Notes under the pieces: generated by a model
Seen by the model: the letters and a program-made list of their open reading frames with translations, nothing else
What the model was told of the DNA's origin: nothing
Databases searched by the model: none
In this document: positions 63,226-64,000 of the stretch, one piece after another
How positions within the stretch are numbered: position 1 is the stretch's first letter
How the letters are laid out: each line of letters begins with the position of its first letter
Source: an uncultured Solirubrobacterales bacterium
GTDB lineage: Bacteria > Actinomycetota > Thermoleophilia > Solirubrobacterales > Thermoleophilaceae
Length of the DNA stretch: 64,000 nt
Assembly (NCBI GenBank): GCA_963715445.1
Contig: OY970240.1
Span: 2,008,839 to 2,072,838 of the forward strand
Reading direction: 5' to 3'
Made by a program: the position numbers and the translations under genes

Positions 63226-64000
63226 TGGGCGAGATCCTGATCGCGGGGATGGCCTCCCTGCTGATCTGCATCTTCCTCGGCCCGAAGTTCATCGAGCGCC
63301 TGCGCGAGAAGGCGTTCGGCCAGCACATCCGCGAGGACGGCCCGGCGGGCCACCACGAGAAGGCCGGCACCCCGACGATGGGCGGGATCATCATCTTCAT
63401 CGCGGTCGCGGTGCCGTTCCTGATCCTCACCGACTACCGCGCGATCAGCCTGGTGGTCCTCGCGGTAGCGCTGGCCACCGCGACGCTCGGCTTCGCCGAC
63501 GACTGGATCAAGATCCAGAAGCGCCGCTCGCTCGGCGTGAACGGCCGCACGAAGCTCGCGGTGCAGGCGCTGATCGCCATCGGCCTGTGGCTCGCGGCGA
63601 CCGAGTACGTGGGGCTGAACGACACGCTGCGCCTGCGCGTGGTCGACGCCTCGGTGGACCTTGGCTACTTCTACCCGGTGCTGATCCTGCTGGTGCTGCT
63701 CGGCACCACCAACGCGGTGAACCTCACCGACGGCCTCGACGGCCTGGCGGCCGGCTGCTGCGCCATCGTCCTGCTCGCGTTCACGGCGATGACGTTCATC
63801 ACGCCGGGCGCGCCGCAGGAGGACCTGGCGCTGCTCTGCGCCTGTCTCGTGGGCGCCTGCGTGGGGTTCCTCTGGTTCAACTCGTTCCCGGCCGGGGTGT
63901 TCATGGGGGACACCGGCTCGCTGGGGTTGGGGGGTGCGATCGCGGCGCTGGCTGTGATGACCAAGACCGAGGTGCTGCTGCTGATCACCGGCGGCATCTT
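63225..64000 (+). CDS. mraY: Phospho-N-acetylmuramoyl-pentapeptide transferase MraY (3' end beyond window)
   Basis: Own translation (not in the ORF track because it is open-ended): GTG overlapping the murF TAG. GTPTMGGIIIF, FADDWIKI, NAVNLTDGLDGLA, FMGDTGSLGLGG. Confidence 0.9.
   Translation, partial: MGEILIAGMASLLICIFLGPKFIERLREKAFGQHIREDGPAGHHEKAGTPTMGGIIIFIAVAVPFLILTDYRAISLVVLAVALATATLGFADDWIKIQKRRSLGVNGRTKLAVQALIAIGLWLAATEYVGLNDTLRLRVVDASVDLGYFYPVLILLVLLGTTNAVNLTDGLDGLAAGCCAIVLLAFTAMTFITPGAPQEDLALLCACLVGACVGFLWFNSFPAGVFMGDTGSLGLGGAIAALAVMTKTEVLLLITGGI

Overview
High-GC (about 70%) actinobacterial-type chromosome segment, possibly Thermoleophilia/Rubrobacteria-like (tentative). It is densely coded, with many ATGA/GTGA stop-start overlaps. 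In order along the window: a GGDEF/EAL gene (cut by the left edge) and tRNA-Pro; small redox and TetR genes; a zinc module (stand-alone S18, CDF exporter, Zur-like box, ZnuA-like lipoprotein, Fur/Zur); a copper module (CopC-CopD fusion, YcnI, an uncharacterised secreted protein); SOD/YceI/FMN reductase; tRNA-Leu next to a lower-GC free-standing LAGLIDADG gene; two paralogous K+ channels flanking an ArsR-ICMT operon; a roughly 5.2 kb lower-GC islet (about 57% GC in one hand-counted 60-nt line) bounded by a 23-bp direct repeat of the tRNA-Glu 3' end, carrying a KAP P-loop NTPase and small partner genes but no integrase; a cobalamin riboswitch leading a tightly coupled 7-gene operon; housekeeping genes (SDR, nitroreductase-glpD-folP, a P-loop-degenerate Rho-like protein, LOG, two-component system plus CpaB, rpiA, lon); a c-di-AMP (ydaO-type) riboswitch before an Rpf-like gene; cpaF-tadB-tadC; a DrrAB-like ABC pair whose junction is triplicated; and the dcw cluster (mraZ-rsmH-ftsL-ftsI ... 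murE-murF-mraY) interrupted by an antisense secreted-protein gene. My top candidate for an undescribed system is the riboswitch operon. It encodes three secreted DUF4430 proteins, EcfT, a fused double ATPase, and an ECF S-component fused to an extracellular prenyltransferase-like alpha-barrel. I read this as a split, transcobalamin-like B12 capture and ECF import machine. The second candidate is the tRNA-Glu islet with the KAP NTPase as a possible defence module. All calls rest on reading the sequence and recognising motifs; no database search was run.
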